A stretch of 64,000 nucleotides of DNA from a virus. Taxonomy: Duplodnaviria > Caudoviricetes. The notes beneath the pieces were generated by a model. It was not told the DNA's origin. It saw only the letters and a program-made list of their open reading frames with translations, and made no database searches. The position numbers and the translations under genes are program-made. This document shows positions 1 to 9,368 of this stretch, in pieces; positions within the stretch are counted from its first letter, which is position 1, and each line of letters begins with the position of its first letter. The stretch spans positions 1 through 64,000 of the IMG/VR virus record IMGVR_UViG_3300005805_000074; one strand, 5' to 3'.

Positions 1-33
1 TCAAACTGCATACTATCAAACACCTTCAATAAA

Positions 34-1197
34 TCAGTCATTTAGTAATTGCTTTTTAGATGGTGATACTTCGTCCTCATCCTCTGCGGCTTCCTTGTTG
101 ACCGCAGACGGGTCGAAGTCCTTCTCGTACTTCATAATAAGTGCTTCACAAATCTTATCGTATAACGCACTCTTACGTGTTTGGTCAGCTTCAAGGAACG
201 TTGGGAATTCCTTACCTTGGAACTTTTCGTCCTCATAAGAATACCAGGCACCAGATTGCTTGATGATGCCGTTCTCCTTCAACACATCTAACCAACTACT
301 GTAATCGTCAATACCACGATTAAAGTAAATGTTGAATTCAGCTTCACGATACGGCGGACCCAAACGATTCTTGGTGACCACTGCCTTTGTGGTAATACCA
401 ATAATGTTACCCGCTGAATCCTTCAACTTACCAATCTGTGACAGACGGATACGTGTTGATGCGTGGAATCCGATTGCCTTTCCACCAGAGGTGGTGTATG
501 GGTCAGAGAACGCAGGAGCGTTCATCTTCAAACGGAGTTGATTGGTGAATACGAGCGCAATCTTTTCACGACCAAGAAGATTGGTAATCTTTCTCATTGC
601 CTTACTGATAATGATGGACTTCGCAGTTGCGTATCCGTCCTTATTAAAGTCTGCTGCCATTTCCGTCTTAGTGGAAGCAGCGGCAACGGAGTCAACCACA
701 ATCGTGACCAACTTATCCTTCTTACCAGACGCACGAACCTTCTCAATGATATTCACGACTGAATCAAAAATATCTTCAACAGTATCGTGTTGAACATAAA
801 CAAGCTTCTTCATATCTACACCAACTGCGGAGAAGAATTCATCGTTCACTGCATTTTCGGTATCAATCAAGACCGCAACACCACCACGCTTCTGTGTGGT
901 TGCAATCAATGATGCACCGACGAGTGACTTACCAGATGCTTCTAATCCAGTCAATTCAGTAATACGACCAGCTGCAATACCACCGTGGGGACGATTACTG
1001 ATTGCGATATCCAACATTGTATTTCCCGTGGAAATGAAATCGGTCAAATCCGTAGGAGTTTCTTCCTCACCATCAAGGAAGTATGCAACTTGTCCATCCT
1101 TGTACAACTTATTCAAGCTATCAGCGATAACTTGTGCCAGTTCGTCACGTTCTACGGACGGAACTGCTTTCTTTGATGATTTTGTTTCTTTTGCCAT
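34..1197 (-). CDS. recA: RecA/UvsX-family recombinase
   Basis: Walker A GLEASGKS, Walker B VTIVVDSVAA, NQLR, SGGKAIGFHAS and KNRLGPPYR motifs. Start moved to MAKETK (1197), which has an AAGGA SD upstream. Confidence 0.97.
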   Translation of the reverse strand: MAKETKSSKKAVPSVERDELAQVIADSLNKLYKDGQVAYFLDGEEETPTDLTDFISTGNTMLDIAISNRPHGGIAAGRITELTGLEASGKSLVGASLIATTQKRGGVAVLIDTENAVNDEFFSAVGVDMKKLVYVQHDTVEDIFDSVVNIIEKVRASGKKDKLVTIVVDSVAAASTKTEMAADFNKDGYATAKSIIISKAMRKITNLLGREKIALVFTNQLRLKMNAPAFSDPYTTSGGKAIGFHASTRIRLSQIGKLKDSAGNIIGITTKAVVTKNRLGPPYREAEFNIYFNRGIDDYSSWLDVLKENGIIKQSGAWYSYEDEKFQGKEFPTFLEADQTRKSALYDKICEALIMKYEKDFDPSAVNKEAAEDEDEVSPSKKQLLND

Positions 1198-1219
1198 ATG
1201 ATTCCTTATATGTAACAAA

Positions 1220-1267
1220 ACACGCCGAGTATTGGGTAGGTGTTAGCTACCCAATACCACAACGTGT
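1220..1267. other. Stem-loop between the SSB and recA genes (terminator, attenuator or processing hairpin)
   Basis: Perfect 11-bp stem GTATTGGGTAG (1229-1239) / CTACCCAATAC (1247-1257) with a 7-nt loop, plus outer ACACG/CGTGT pairing. Confidence 0.6.
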
Positions 1268-1277
1268 CTTTGGTTAA

Positions 1278-2066
1278 TTAATCGTTGAACAACTCGTCAA
1301 ACGCATCAACAGCGTTCTTGACGTTCTCCTTTGGAGCAGCTGCGGTAGCAGTAACTGCCTTAGGTTCCTCTGCCTCACGGGCAGGAGTGATGACCGAATT
1401 ATCAGGGTCAAGGTACTTCTCCAACGTGACCTTCAGTTCGTTATAGGTCGGCTCAGTATAGAGCTCCTTAATATCGGGCTGTTCCGACAACCAGAGCTTC
1501 ATCTGAGCAGAATCAGAAGAAAGCGGAGTCTGTGACGGCTTGACCTTCACCGAAGTCTTAGCGAAATTCGTATCGCTCTTCTCCTTCGGGATATACTCAA
1601 CTACGATGTCACGACCCGTCTTAGGGTCGGTGATATCGCCGTAATCGGGGTCAGAGATATACGAAAGAAGTTCCTGATAAACCGTCTTACCGAACGAATA
1701 GAACCGAACACCCTTATCCTCTTCACCACGAACGATGACAGGGATATAGGTACGGAGCTTCGGCATGAACGGACGAGCCTCGGCGTAACGTTCCTTCGGA
1801 TCACGCGACTGGTCAGAACGCAGGGCATCAGCAAACTCCGCAATCGGGTCACGATTACCATACGAAAGTGGCGAGAGATGGGTCTTGTTACCTAGATAGT
1901 GGAAGTAGAGTTCGATAAAGGGATTCTCGGGGTTATCCTTCCACGGGACGATACGGATGACGGTCTTTCCTTCCTTCGGCTTCCAGATTGAAGCATCGCG
2001 GTCCCCACCGCCGGTACGCTTGAAACTGTTGAGCTTACTCTTTAGTGCGTTGATGTCTAATGCCAT
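1278..2066 (-). CDS. Single-stranded DNA-binding protein, T4 gp32-like
   Basis: WKP..GKTVIRIVP, F.ELYFHY, D..GRD and acidic C-terminus AFDELFND. Adjacent to recA; strong AAGGAG SD. Confidence 0.88.
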   Translation of the reverse strand: MALDINALKSKLNSFKRTGGGDRDASIWKPKEGKTVIRIVPWKDNPENPFIELYFHYLGNKTHLSPLSYGNRDPIAEFADALRSDQSRDPKERYAEARPFMPKLRTYIPVIVRGEEDKGVRFYSFGKTVYQELLSYISDPDYGDITDPKTGRDIVVEYIPKEKSDTNFAKTSVKVKPSQTPLSSDSAQMKLWLSEQPDIKELYTEPTYNELKVTLEKYLDPDNSVITPAREAEEPKAVTATAAAPKENVKNAVDAFDELFND

Positions 2067-2130
2067 TGTACTTCTCCTTTTGTTTAGAATGTTTAAGGGT
2101 GTTTATTGTGATATACCCCAAGTAGGAAGA

Positions 2131-2159
2131 AGTATACCACGGATTGTTTAGTTTGTCAA
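2131..2159 (-). promoter_or_regulatory. sigma70-type promoter for SSB-recA
   Basis: Minus strand TTGACA-17 nt-TATACT with an extended TG. Confidence 0.8.
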
Positions 2160-2169
2160 GTCCTACTTA

Positions 2170-2571
2170 CTAAAAGTTTAATATTTCTTTTATTTTGGTT
2201 TTAACTATTTTTAATTGGCCGTGCGCTGTGACTAAGATAGAATTCTTTAATTCATCCCAATCAATACGATAAGACTTATCTATCTTACCGCCGTTCTTAC
2301 TTGCAATTAATGCGTTTAATGCATTAATCGTATATATTGTATTTGTTTGCTTCTTTCTGTGTACGGATATAGTGGATGCTGGTGGTGCATAATGTTCTTT
2401 TAATGAACCGACAATAATATTGTACGTCAAAATTAATTGATTCGGGTCATCTATATTTTCTAGAACATATATGTTATTGAATGCTAATGTATAGGAATTC
2501 TTAATAAGGTTTACATTTTCATCCAACTTATCAGCTGCTATAAAGGTACATAACAATTGAGTTTCGTTCAT
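2170..2571 (-). CDS. Hypothetical protein of a type seen in large phages
   Basis: 133-aa intact ORF (HRKKQTNTIYTINALN motif), co-oriented with its neighbours. Confidence 0.7.
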   Translation of the reverse strand: MNETQLLCTFIAADKLDENVNLIKNSYTLAFNNIYVLENIDDPNQLILTYNIIVGSLKEHYAPPASTISVHRKKQTNTIYTINALNALIASKNGGKIDKSYRIDWDELKNSILVTAHGQLKIVKTKIKEILNF

Positions 2572-2605
2572 AAGATACCTATAAAACGGTTATAAACCAA
2601 CTTCT

Positions 2606-2615
2606 TATAAGTATC
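2606..2615 (-). promoter_or_regulatory. Putative late-promoter motif GATACTTATA (minus strand)
   Basis: Copy of the intergenic motif that recurs at 14084, 21043, 24819, 60200 and 63913. Confidence 0.5.
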
Positions 2616-2632
2616 TAATTGTATCCAATAAA

Positions 2633-3904
2633 CTATATTTTTAAAGACAGTTCGTTATAATTTTGACCACGATATTGACGAACAGGATATCCACCCTTAC
2701 TCAATGTTTGTGCGACATTTTCCATAATATCCAATTCATCATTTGGGACATCCAGTAGGATAGCGTCATAGGTATACAAAATGACCTTAGATTTAAACGG
2801 TTCCAGATATTTACAGACGTTATGAACTCTTGCAATAGCTTCCTCAGTCTCCGTCAATTGCATCATATAGTTAAATACCTTATTACTAGTCGGTTCAAAC
2901 ACCGATATTTTACGACCCGTTCCTGACAATACAAATCCATTCTGACGGTATTTCTCCCACAAATCCGACGAATACTCCTTGAGCCTTTGGAAGAACTCTA
3001 CACCACCCGTATCGTCGCTGTACCCATACATCAGACTGAAAGTACGGGACTTGGATTCTTCATATTGTTCTGGGGTGATTTCATCCGTCCCATAATACTG
3101 TTTGGCAAGGAATTCGTGAACAGATGTTTCTGGAAGTTGGTATCCAATCAGGTCTGCCGCAAGACGTAGATGGAACGCTTCATAGTCAAACTGAACAAGA
3201 GTTCCGTTCTCTCCAAACCGACTGACAAACTTCTCACGGGTACCATCGTTCTTATTGAGTGCGGCAAAGTTGATACCATTGAAAGCGTTACTCGGACGAC
3301 CTGTAGAAGTGTAGATGTTATAATCAGAATACACGAACTGATTGTCAGTAGTCCAGAGTCCTGCTTGTTCAATCTTGGTCAATGTAGGAAGTGTAACATC
3401 GTTGATGAACTCAAACGCAGATGTTTCTTCCGTAGATTGGCATCGGTCGTACATATGCTTACAATGTTGTAGGAACGCCTCTGCCGTTTCTATCCATGAA
3501 GTCAACGGGATACTGTAGTGGAGATTCTTGAACTTGAACTGGCTCTTAATCTGGTGCATCGCCATCGTGTAGTATTCCCGATACAACGGAATCACATCCC
3601 CGTTCAAATGTATCAACGATGCCAAGTCAACTACATTCTTTGCATTAGTCAGTTGTTGTAATTCTTTTTTATGAAGGGTGACCAACTTATACGCATCACT
3701 CAAGTCTATCTGGAAGTGTGGGGCATCGGGATGATTGACTGATATAGTATACGAGGTTCCGTCATCAAAAAGAAAGTGGAGTAAAGCAACACGATTTTGT
3801 GAGGAGTGCAGAAATGCGTCAACCGCCACGGGATAGACATACGTAGTCTCACCCCGAAGACGGTTGGTCAGTTGTTCTAATTCTGTCTGTGTCGTAATAA
3901 CCAT
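2633..3904 (-). CDS. polA: Compact family A DNA polymerase
   Basis: TSTGRPSN, motif A QFDYEAFHLRL, motif B KSRTFSLMYG and motif C LYTYDAILL, in only 423 aa. Confidence 0.85.
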   Translation of the reverse strand: MVITTQTELEQLTNRLRGETTYVYPVAVDAFLHSSQNRVALLHFLFDDGTSYTISVNHPDAPHFQIDLSDAYKLVTLHKKELQQLTNAKNVVDLASLIHLNGDVIPLYREYYTMAMHQIKSQFKFKNLHYSIPLTSWIETAEAFLQHCKHMYDRCQSTEETSAFEFINDVTLPTLTKIEQAGLWTTDNQFVYSDYNIYTSTGRPSNAFNGINFAALNKNDGTREKFVSRFGENGTLVQFDYEAFHLRLAADLIGYQLPETSVHEFLAKQYYGTDEITPEQYEESKSRTFSLMYGYSDDTGGVEFFQRLKEYSSDLWEKYRQNGFVLSGTGRKISVFEPTSNKVFNYMMQLTETEEAIARVHNVCKYLEPFKSKVILYTYDAILLDVPNDELDIMENVAQTLSKGGYPVRQYRGQNYNELSLKI

Positions 3905-3932
3905 TGGTTCCTCAATAATATATTATAATTGA

Positions 3933-3961
3933 AATATAGTATTGCGGGGTATGTTTGTCAA
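3933..3961 (-). promoter_or_regulatory. sigma70-type promoter for polA
   Basis: Minus strand TTGACA-17 nt-TATATT. Confidence 0.75.
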
Positions 3962-3967
3962 CCCCAG

Positions 3968-5182
3968 TTATGGCCATCTTGCTAACATTTCATCTCTAAA
4001 TGCATCTATTTCAGCATAGGTTCTTGATGAAGTAAATATTGCTAATTCTTTTACTGTTACTGGCATATAACCTGCGCCAGCTGATGTTGACCTTCTTCTA
4101 GCTAAATAGATTCCAGAACCACTGGTCCATGTAAATCTATTATTATAGGTTCCCGAATATACTGAGAATGTCGCTTTAATGGTATCATTATTGTCGGTAT
4201 ATACTAATGGGGCAGAACCACTTTCAAAATTAAACCATAACGCTGTCACACTTGGGACATTGATATTTGTTGTTGTTCTAGCAGCATATCTTAGTGCCGC
4301 GGCGTCACTGGGGTCGTCTACTATATACCAGTTAAATCCACCACCAGGAATATACGCGCCTAGTTCCGCTATGAGGTCTTGTGTTCCACCAAGTAAAGTG
4401 TCAGCTGTTTGTAGTGAAGCTGTAGGTAATGCGTCTATTCTCATTAACACGTGTGTTGCTGCGATATCACTACTTAAGTTCGAACTCAAACCAAATCCTA
4501 CACTACCTTGGAATACTGCTCCTGTTTCTGCACTAGCGGTGGTTACATTCGAAAGGGTAAAGTTATATCCACCATTATACGCAGTCCACGAAGATGTGGT
4601 TAATCCACTATCTGCTCTCCACCAATAGTCGGGTCCGATAATTGGTGCAGCAGTTGTTGTAGTTGTAGTAGATGTTGTAGTTGTAGTAGATGTTGTGGAT
4701 GTAGTGGTTGTAGTTGGCGCAGCAGTTGTTGTAGTTGTTGTAGTAGATGTAGTAGTTGTAGTTGGTGGTGCTACAATAGTAGGAGGATTTTGTATACCAA
4801 TCTGATTCATAGAATTACTAATTACATAGTCATCTCTAACAGGATTATTCTTACCTTGAAAATATTCTAATGGATTACTTAATACTCTAGAAAGTCCAGG
4901 CATTCGTGTGTTATAAAAGTTTATGGAAACAGAATTTTTATGTTGCGCACCAAAAATTACCGTACCTGATTTGGTTCGTATGTCGTTTGCATTTCCGTCG
5001 ATAACCCATGCCAACTCAACCTTCATATATAAACTATCGTTTTTAAAATATAAGAATTGACTCCTATCAACTTCGGTTATTTCCTTTGTTGATATATGTT
5101 GAAGAAAATATCTATTAATTGTGCCAGAAGTGACGTCAAATGAGTTTATTCTGGGACGAGTATAAATTGGTGACTTGGGCAT
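3968..5182 (-). CDS. Probable virion protein: N-terminal domain, Thr/Pro mucin-like stalk and a C-terminal LamG/concanavalin-like beta-sandwich
   Basis: PPTTTTTSTTTTTTTAAPTTTTTSTTSTTTTTSTTTTTTAAP linker. C-terminal domain begins PDYWWRADSG and ends ELAIFTSSRTYAEIDA, a LamG-like pattern. Confidence 0.6.
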   Translation of the reverse strand: MPKSPIYTRPRINSFDVTSGTINRYFLQHISTKEITEVDRSQFLYFKNDSLYMKVELAWVIDGNANDIRTKSGTVIFGAQHKNSVSINFYNTRMPGLSRVLSNPLEYFQGKNNPVRDDYVISNSMNQIGIQNPPTIVAPPTTTTTSTTTTTTTAAPTTTTTSTTSTTTTTSTTTTTTAAPIIGPDYWWRADSGLTTSSWTAYNGGYNFTLSNVTTASAETGAVFQGSVGFGLSSNLSSDIAATHVLMRIDALPTASLQTADTLLGGTQDLIAELGAYIPGGGFNWYIVDDPSDAAALRYAARTTTNINVPSVTALWFNFESGSAPLVYTDNNDTIKATFSVYSGTYNNRFTWTSGSGIYLARRRSTSAGAGYMPVTVKELAIFTSSRTYAEIDAFRDEMLARWP

Positions 5183-5185
5183 AAA

Positions 5186-8100
5186 TTAGGTACCCGAACT
5201 TCCTGCAGGAGATACTCTAAGAGATTTTCCTTCCTGCAAGAGTTTCAATAGTAATGGTGCTGTTTGTCCACTTCGGCCTATTCCACCGTCCGACGAAATA
5301 TTATTGCTAGTTTGGAATATTTTTAACGCTGCTCTAGTTTTTGGTCCAACATTACCATTTACTGGGGTAATACCATTATCAGTTTGGAACTTCTTGATTA
5401 AATCTGTCAATTGTGAGGCAGTTAATGGTATCGTAACTTTCTTCCAGTCTATTCCCTGTTGACCTGTATTACCTACGGTGGAAGGTGTAGCAGAGGTTCC
5501 TACACAGATGTCGTACTCTCCAGATGTTGCCTTATCAGGTCTAAATCTAAATCTTCCTTGAAGTTTAGTAATCCAACCGGCATTCGTAGTAAACTCATGT
5601 GTAATTTTGGTTACCACATAAAATCCTCTTTCTAAAATAGATGGAACTCTGTCCACTAAGAATGATTGGAATAATTCAATACCACCAATACCAGGTAGGG
5701 TAACATCTACTGTTGTTTTTGTAAGATTAGAACTATTAAATGCATGTGCCACAGCGGGCGCTCGTCCTTCTTCTGCGTTGGTAGAATCTAGGTTCAGTGT
5801 CTTTACCATTGTAGCTGGATTTGGTTCTATAAATCTTAATGCGGTACCTAAATCTGCGTATTGTCTTACTGTAGATATTGCGTTCCCGTTACCCAAAGTA
5901 TTCATCGCCACTGTAATACTTCTACTTTCTATAGCGGAACTCAGATTGCTTTTAAGAACTCTTAGTGAGTTTAACGCAGACGCAACCGCCGCATTACCAC
6001 CACCACCGTGTTGACCACCCATACTGTTCGAAATACCAGCATCAGATTGTAACCACTGTATGGTAAATGCTTCTATTGTACTAGCTTCATTAACAGCGGA
6101 TTGTCCAGAGGTATTTGGTGTACCCGTAACTCCTTCTAATTTTAGTGCGGCCAACACCTCTAAAGATTGTCGACGTATTTTAAGTTCCAGTGCAGCGATG
6201 TCTATATCTGCCTCACTTGTTTCACCATCGGCTACACACGGTCCTTCGTTCTCAAGACATATCTCATTTACTCTACTGTTACAATTAATATATAAGTTAT
6301 TTAACAAAGAAATATCTTTTAATTCTTCAATATTAATTGACTGTAGTAAACTTTTTTGCGCTGGTCCACCTACATTCGCAATTGCTTGTACCGCAACTAC
6401 TTGTGGTAAATTAAATTCTACATTTAAGTCGATTAAATCACTTCCTAATTCTCCATCATTAAATATTTTTGTTTTTCGATTAAACATATAAATATATTTC
6501 GGACGTTCCACTATGGTCGATGATTCCGCAACATATCTACTTTTTGGTATATCTAAAACGCTGTTTAATGGAGAGTTTTGTTCATCTTCTTCTAAATCTA
6601 TCCAGTTTTTTATTTTGTTGTAAGTTGCAACTTTTGAAGGAGGTTTAGACAATCCCATGTCTATCACATGCATTCCTGGATTATTTTTATCTGTCGAATA
6701 TAATTGTAAATTCCAAAATCCTTCTGTGGCATCATTCATCATATTTAATAAATTGTCCAGACCCGCAGATAATGTATCCGCAGATGAAAACGCCTGCTTT
6801 ATGGCCGCAGTATTTAACCACACCCCTCTTGTCAAAAATGAAGCTCCGGCCTTTGTATTTACATCTAATAGATTTGTAAACGGTACTGATGCTCTAGAAA
6901 TAAGTTCATCGATATTTTTTATAGAAAAAACGCTGGGACTACGCGTACCACTCTCCTGTCCTTCCGTTCGTTCTTTATCCACACCTTTCATCAGTAATTG
7001 AAATCTAGGATAATCTTTTGACTGTTCATATTTTTGTTGAGCAGCAGGATTATAGATTATCATTACTCCCGGGTTAGTTGATCGCAAACTCGGATGATAT
7101 CCTACCTCGTTTGCATATAAATTTGGAGTATTACGTAGTTCTAGTGCGCTAGGTTCTGGTACAATTCTTGGTAGTGCTAAAGTAGAAAAGTTTTCTAATG
7201 GTTCGTTGTTAATATTGGATGCAACACTAACTAATCCATACTTTTTGTCGTGTAAAATTTTTTCAATAAAAAATCTCCAACTGACATAATATTCGTTTTC
7301 TCGTGTTCCTCCTTGAGTAGACCCACCACCATTTGAATCTGTTTGACTATTTTTTATAGGTACTATTTGGAATCTCCAATCACTTCTACTTCCTGGACCA
7401 TATTCTTTGAGTAATCTCGAAAATGAATTATCTTTCCAAGCAGAACCGTTACTAAAATATTCTTGAATATCCATTGTTCTACACCCGTTAGTAGGGTCGG
7501 GACAAGTAGATTTCACACCAGTGTGTCTTGTTGGTAATTCAAATTGTTGTACAGAGTGTACAGTAAGTGAAATTTCATATATATTATCTTTTGTATATTT
7601 TAAATTAAACTTTACAACATATCCTAAAAATAATTCATAATTACCATAATTACTATGAATGTAATCATAAATAAATTTTCTCTGTGCAATAACAGATGTC
7701 ACTAAATTAGAAAAATAGTTTGTTATTTGTTCTTGTGGTTGTTTCCAATTAAAAGTTTTTAAATTTGATTCTTCGAGATTAGGTATTGCACTTCTTCTCC
7801 CCAATTCCAACACAACTCTGGTGGCAGGACGTAAGAAATACCGAAGTAAGGCATCTACTTGACCTACTGAATAAGCTAAAATTTTTAAATCTGCTTTCAC
7901 TAATCCACCACGAACGCCCATCGGACCTGCCGTTCCACGATCGACGGTTATTTGGGAGATTCCAGGCACAGGTATATTTTTTTGGTCTGTTGTATTGTTT
8001 TCTTTTACTAATATGCGGGTTTTTTCTTTTCCGTCTTTTCCTGTTTGTGCAATACCAATTATACTTCTATTATTTTTAGTACTATATATATCGTCGAAAT

Positions 8101-9103
8101 CAACAACTTCTTCACCATGGATACCTAATGACGGACACCAAGCAGATACTACATTACTAGGTAAATTTTCTGGTAAAATTTTTGTTAGTGATGTAAGTTT
8201 TACAAATGGGGTATAAGTATTAACTGTATTTGCGGCTATTCGGCGACGTGTGAGTTCATATTGTATATTTGGATGAAATGATTCTAATGAATGTATGTAC
8301 GGGGTAATTGACGCATTCGGACTACTATCAGGTTGATTGATAGTAGCGGGTAATAATGTACTAGTTTGACCAACAGCCGATGGTATGTAATTTAACCCAC
8401 AACCGACCTTCCAATACAGATTTATGGCAGTATTACCTTTGGTTTGACCTTGTATAAACCCTTGTTTGAATCTTCTTGCCCCTCCTCTATTACCAGGAAC
8501 AGTTTCAGTCCATCTTAAAAATTCTCTTTCGGCATTATCCGCAATAAAACCCGCGACTATTGGTTCATAATAACGTAAAATAGCAATGGTTGACTCAGGT
8601 AACGACGATTCATCAGTTCTATTTACATATCCACCTGCAATACCCGCTGCACTACTACCTGGTCCTACTCTGTTTCCACCAATCATTTCAAAACCAAAAC
8701 CCGCCGCCCGTGTCACTATGTCTGCATGACCCTCACCCGACAACACAGGTGACCGAAGTGTGACACTATTAGTACCTCGTAGTTGAACAATAATATCACC
8801 TCGTTTTACTGATGTTGGGCGTTCTCCTGCGGGAAATGGTTCTAAAACTGACCATCCTTTATTGTCTTTGTTGTAAATAGATGGGTTTTTGCGTATTTCT
8901 TCTGTGTACGTCATGTGGTTGATTGCTATAACCGAACCTTCATCATTGGTTCTTCTATAGGCTCTTCTCTGTGGTGGAACAGTTTCACCAAATGATACTG
9001 CAGGCCAAGGGAATGCTGGATATGTTTGTTGCAGTAATTTTACACAATACGAGATAAACGCAGCACTCCAATACGCATCACTTATTATCGGTTTGTCTGA
9101 CAT
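5186..9103 (-). CDS. Baseplate hub-like protein with an N-terminal DUF2272/CHAP-like domain and a C-terminal peptidoglycan-binding domain
   Basis: N-terminal YWSAAFISY...GDII...GHADIV...IGGN. Central hub-like region. C-terminal FQTDNGITPVNGNVGPKTRAALKIFQ (PG_binding_1-like). Follows the LysM/tail-X gene. Confidence 0.7.
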   Translation of the reverse strand: MSDKPIISDAYWSAAFISYCVKLLQQTYPAFPWPAVSFGETVPPQRRAYRRTNDEGSVIAINHMTYTEEIRKNPSIYNKDNKGWSVLEPFPAGERPTSVKRGDIIVQLRGTNSVTLRSPVLSGEGHADIVTRAAGFGFEMIGGNRVGPGSSAAGIAGGYVNRTDESSLPESTIAILRYYEPIVAGFIADNAEREFLRWTETVPGNRGGARRFKQGFIQGQTKGNTAINLYWKVGCGLNYIPSAVGQTSTLLPATINQPDSSPNASITPYIHSLESFHPNIQYELTRRRIAANTVNTYTPFVKLTSLTKILPENLPSNVVSAWCPSLGIHGEEVVDFDDIYSTKNNRSIIGIAQTGKDGKEKTRILVKENNTTDQKNIPVPGISQITVDRGTAGPMGVRGGLVKADLKILAYSVGQVDALLRYFLRPATRVVLELGRRSAIPNLEESNLKTFNWKQPQEQITNYFSNLVTSVIAQRKFIYDYIHSNYGNYELFLGYVVKFNLKYTKDNIYEISLTVHSVQQFELPTRHTGVKSTCPDPTNGCRTMDIQEYFSNGSAWKDNSFSRLLKEYGPGSRSDWRFQIVPIKNSQTDSNGGGSTQGGTRENEYYVSWRFFIEKILHDKKYGLVSVASNINNEPLENFSTLALPRIVPEPSALELRNTPNLYANEVGYHPSLRSTNPGVMIIYNPAAQQKYEQSKDYPRFQLLMKGVDKERTEGQESGTRSPSVFSIKNIDELISRASVPFTNLLDVNTKAGASFLTRGVWLNTAAIKQAFSSADTLSAGLDNLLNMMNDATEGFWNLQLYSTDKNNPGMHVIDMGLSKPPSKVATYNKIKNWIDLEEDEQNSPLNSVLDIPKSRYVAESSTIVERPKYIYMFNRKTKIFNDGELGSDLIDLNVEFNLPQVVAVQAIANVGGPAQKSLLQSINIEELKDISLLNNLYINCNSRVNEICLENEGPCVADGETSEADIDIAALELKIRRQSLEVLAALKLEGVTGTPNTSGQSAVNEASTIEAFTIQWLQSDAGISNSMGGQHGGGGNAAVASALNSLRVLKSNLSSAIESRSITVAMNTLGNGNAISTVRQYADLGTALRFIEPNPATMVKTLNLDSTNAEEGRAPAVAHAFNSSNLTKTTVDVTLPGIGGIELFQSFLVDRVPSILERGFYVVTKITHEFTTNAGWITKLQGRFRFRPDKATSGEYDICVGTSATPSTVGNTGQQGIDWKKVTIPLTASQLTDLIKKFQTDNGITPVNGNVGPKTRAALKIFQTSNNISSDGGIGRSGQTAPLLLKLLQEGKSLRVSPAGSSGT

Positions 9104-9104
9104 A

Positions 9105-9362
9105 TTAAATATTTGGAATGAATAATGTGGTACCAATTGGTGGTGCAATACGTCCGTCTGCTAAATTATTAGCTTTAGCAAGTATCCACCAATAGCTAGT
9201 AGTATTATAAAATTTATAAGCTAATGTATCAAATCTATCACCGTCTTGGGTAATATAATAGTATGGAATATCCTCGTCGGGAATTCCAGTCGGTATAACC
9301 GTCTTGTAGTACGGAATGTTTTTTGTATCGTCTATTTCTGGTGTAGTGGTATATCGTTCCAT
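9105..9362 (-). CDS. LysM/tail-X-type baseplate wedge protein
   Basis: YITQDGDRFDTLAYKFYNTTSYWWILAKANNL...GTTLFIP pattern. Confidence 0.85.
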   Translation of the reverse strand: MERYTTTPEIDDTKNIPYYKTVIPTGIPDEDIPYYYITQDGDRFDTLAYKFYNTTSYWWILAKANNLADGRIAPPIGTTLFIPNI

Positions 9363-9368
9363 AAGTAA

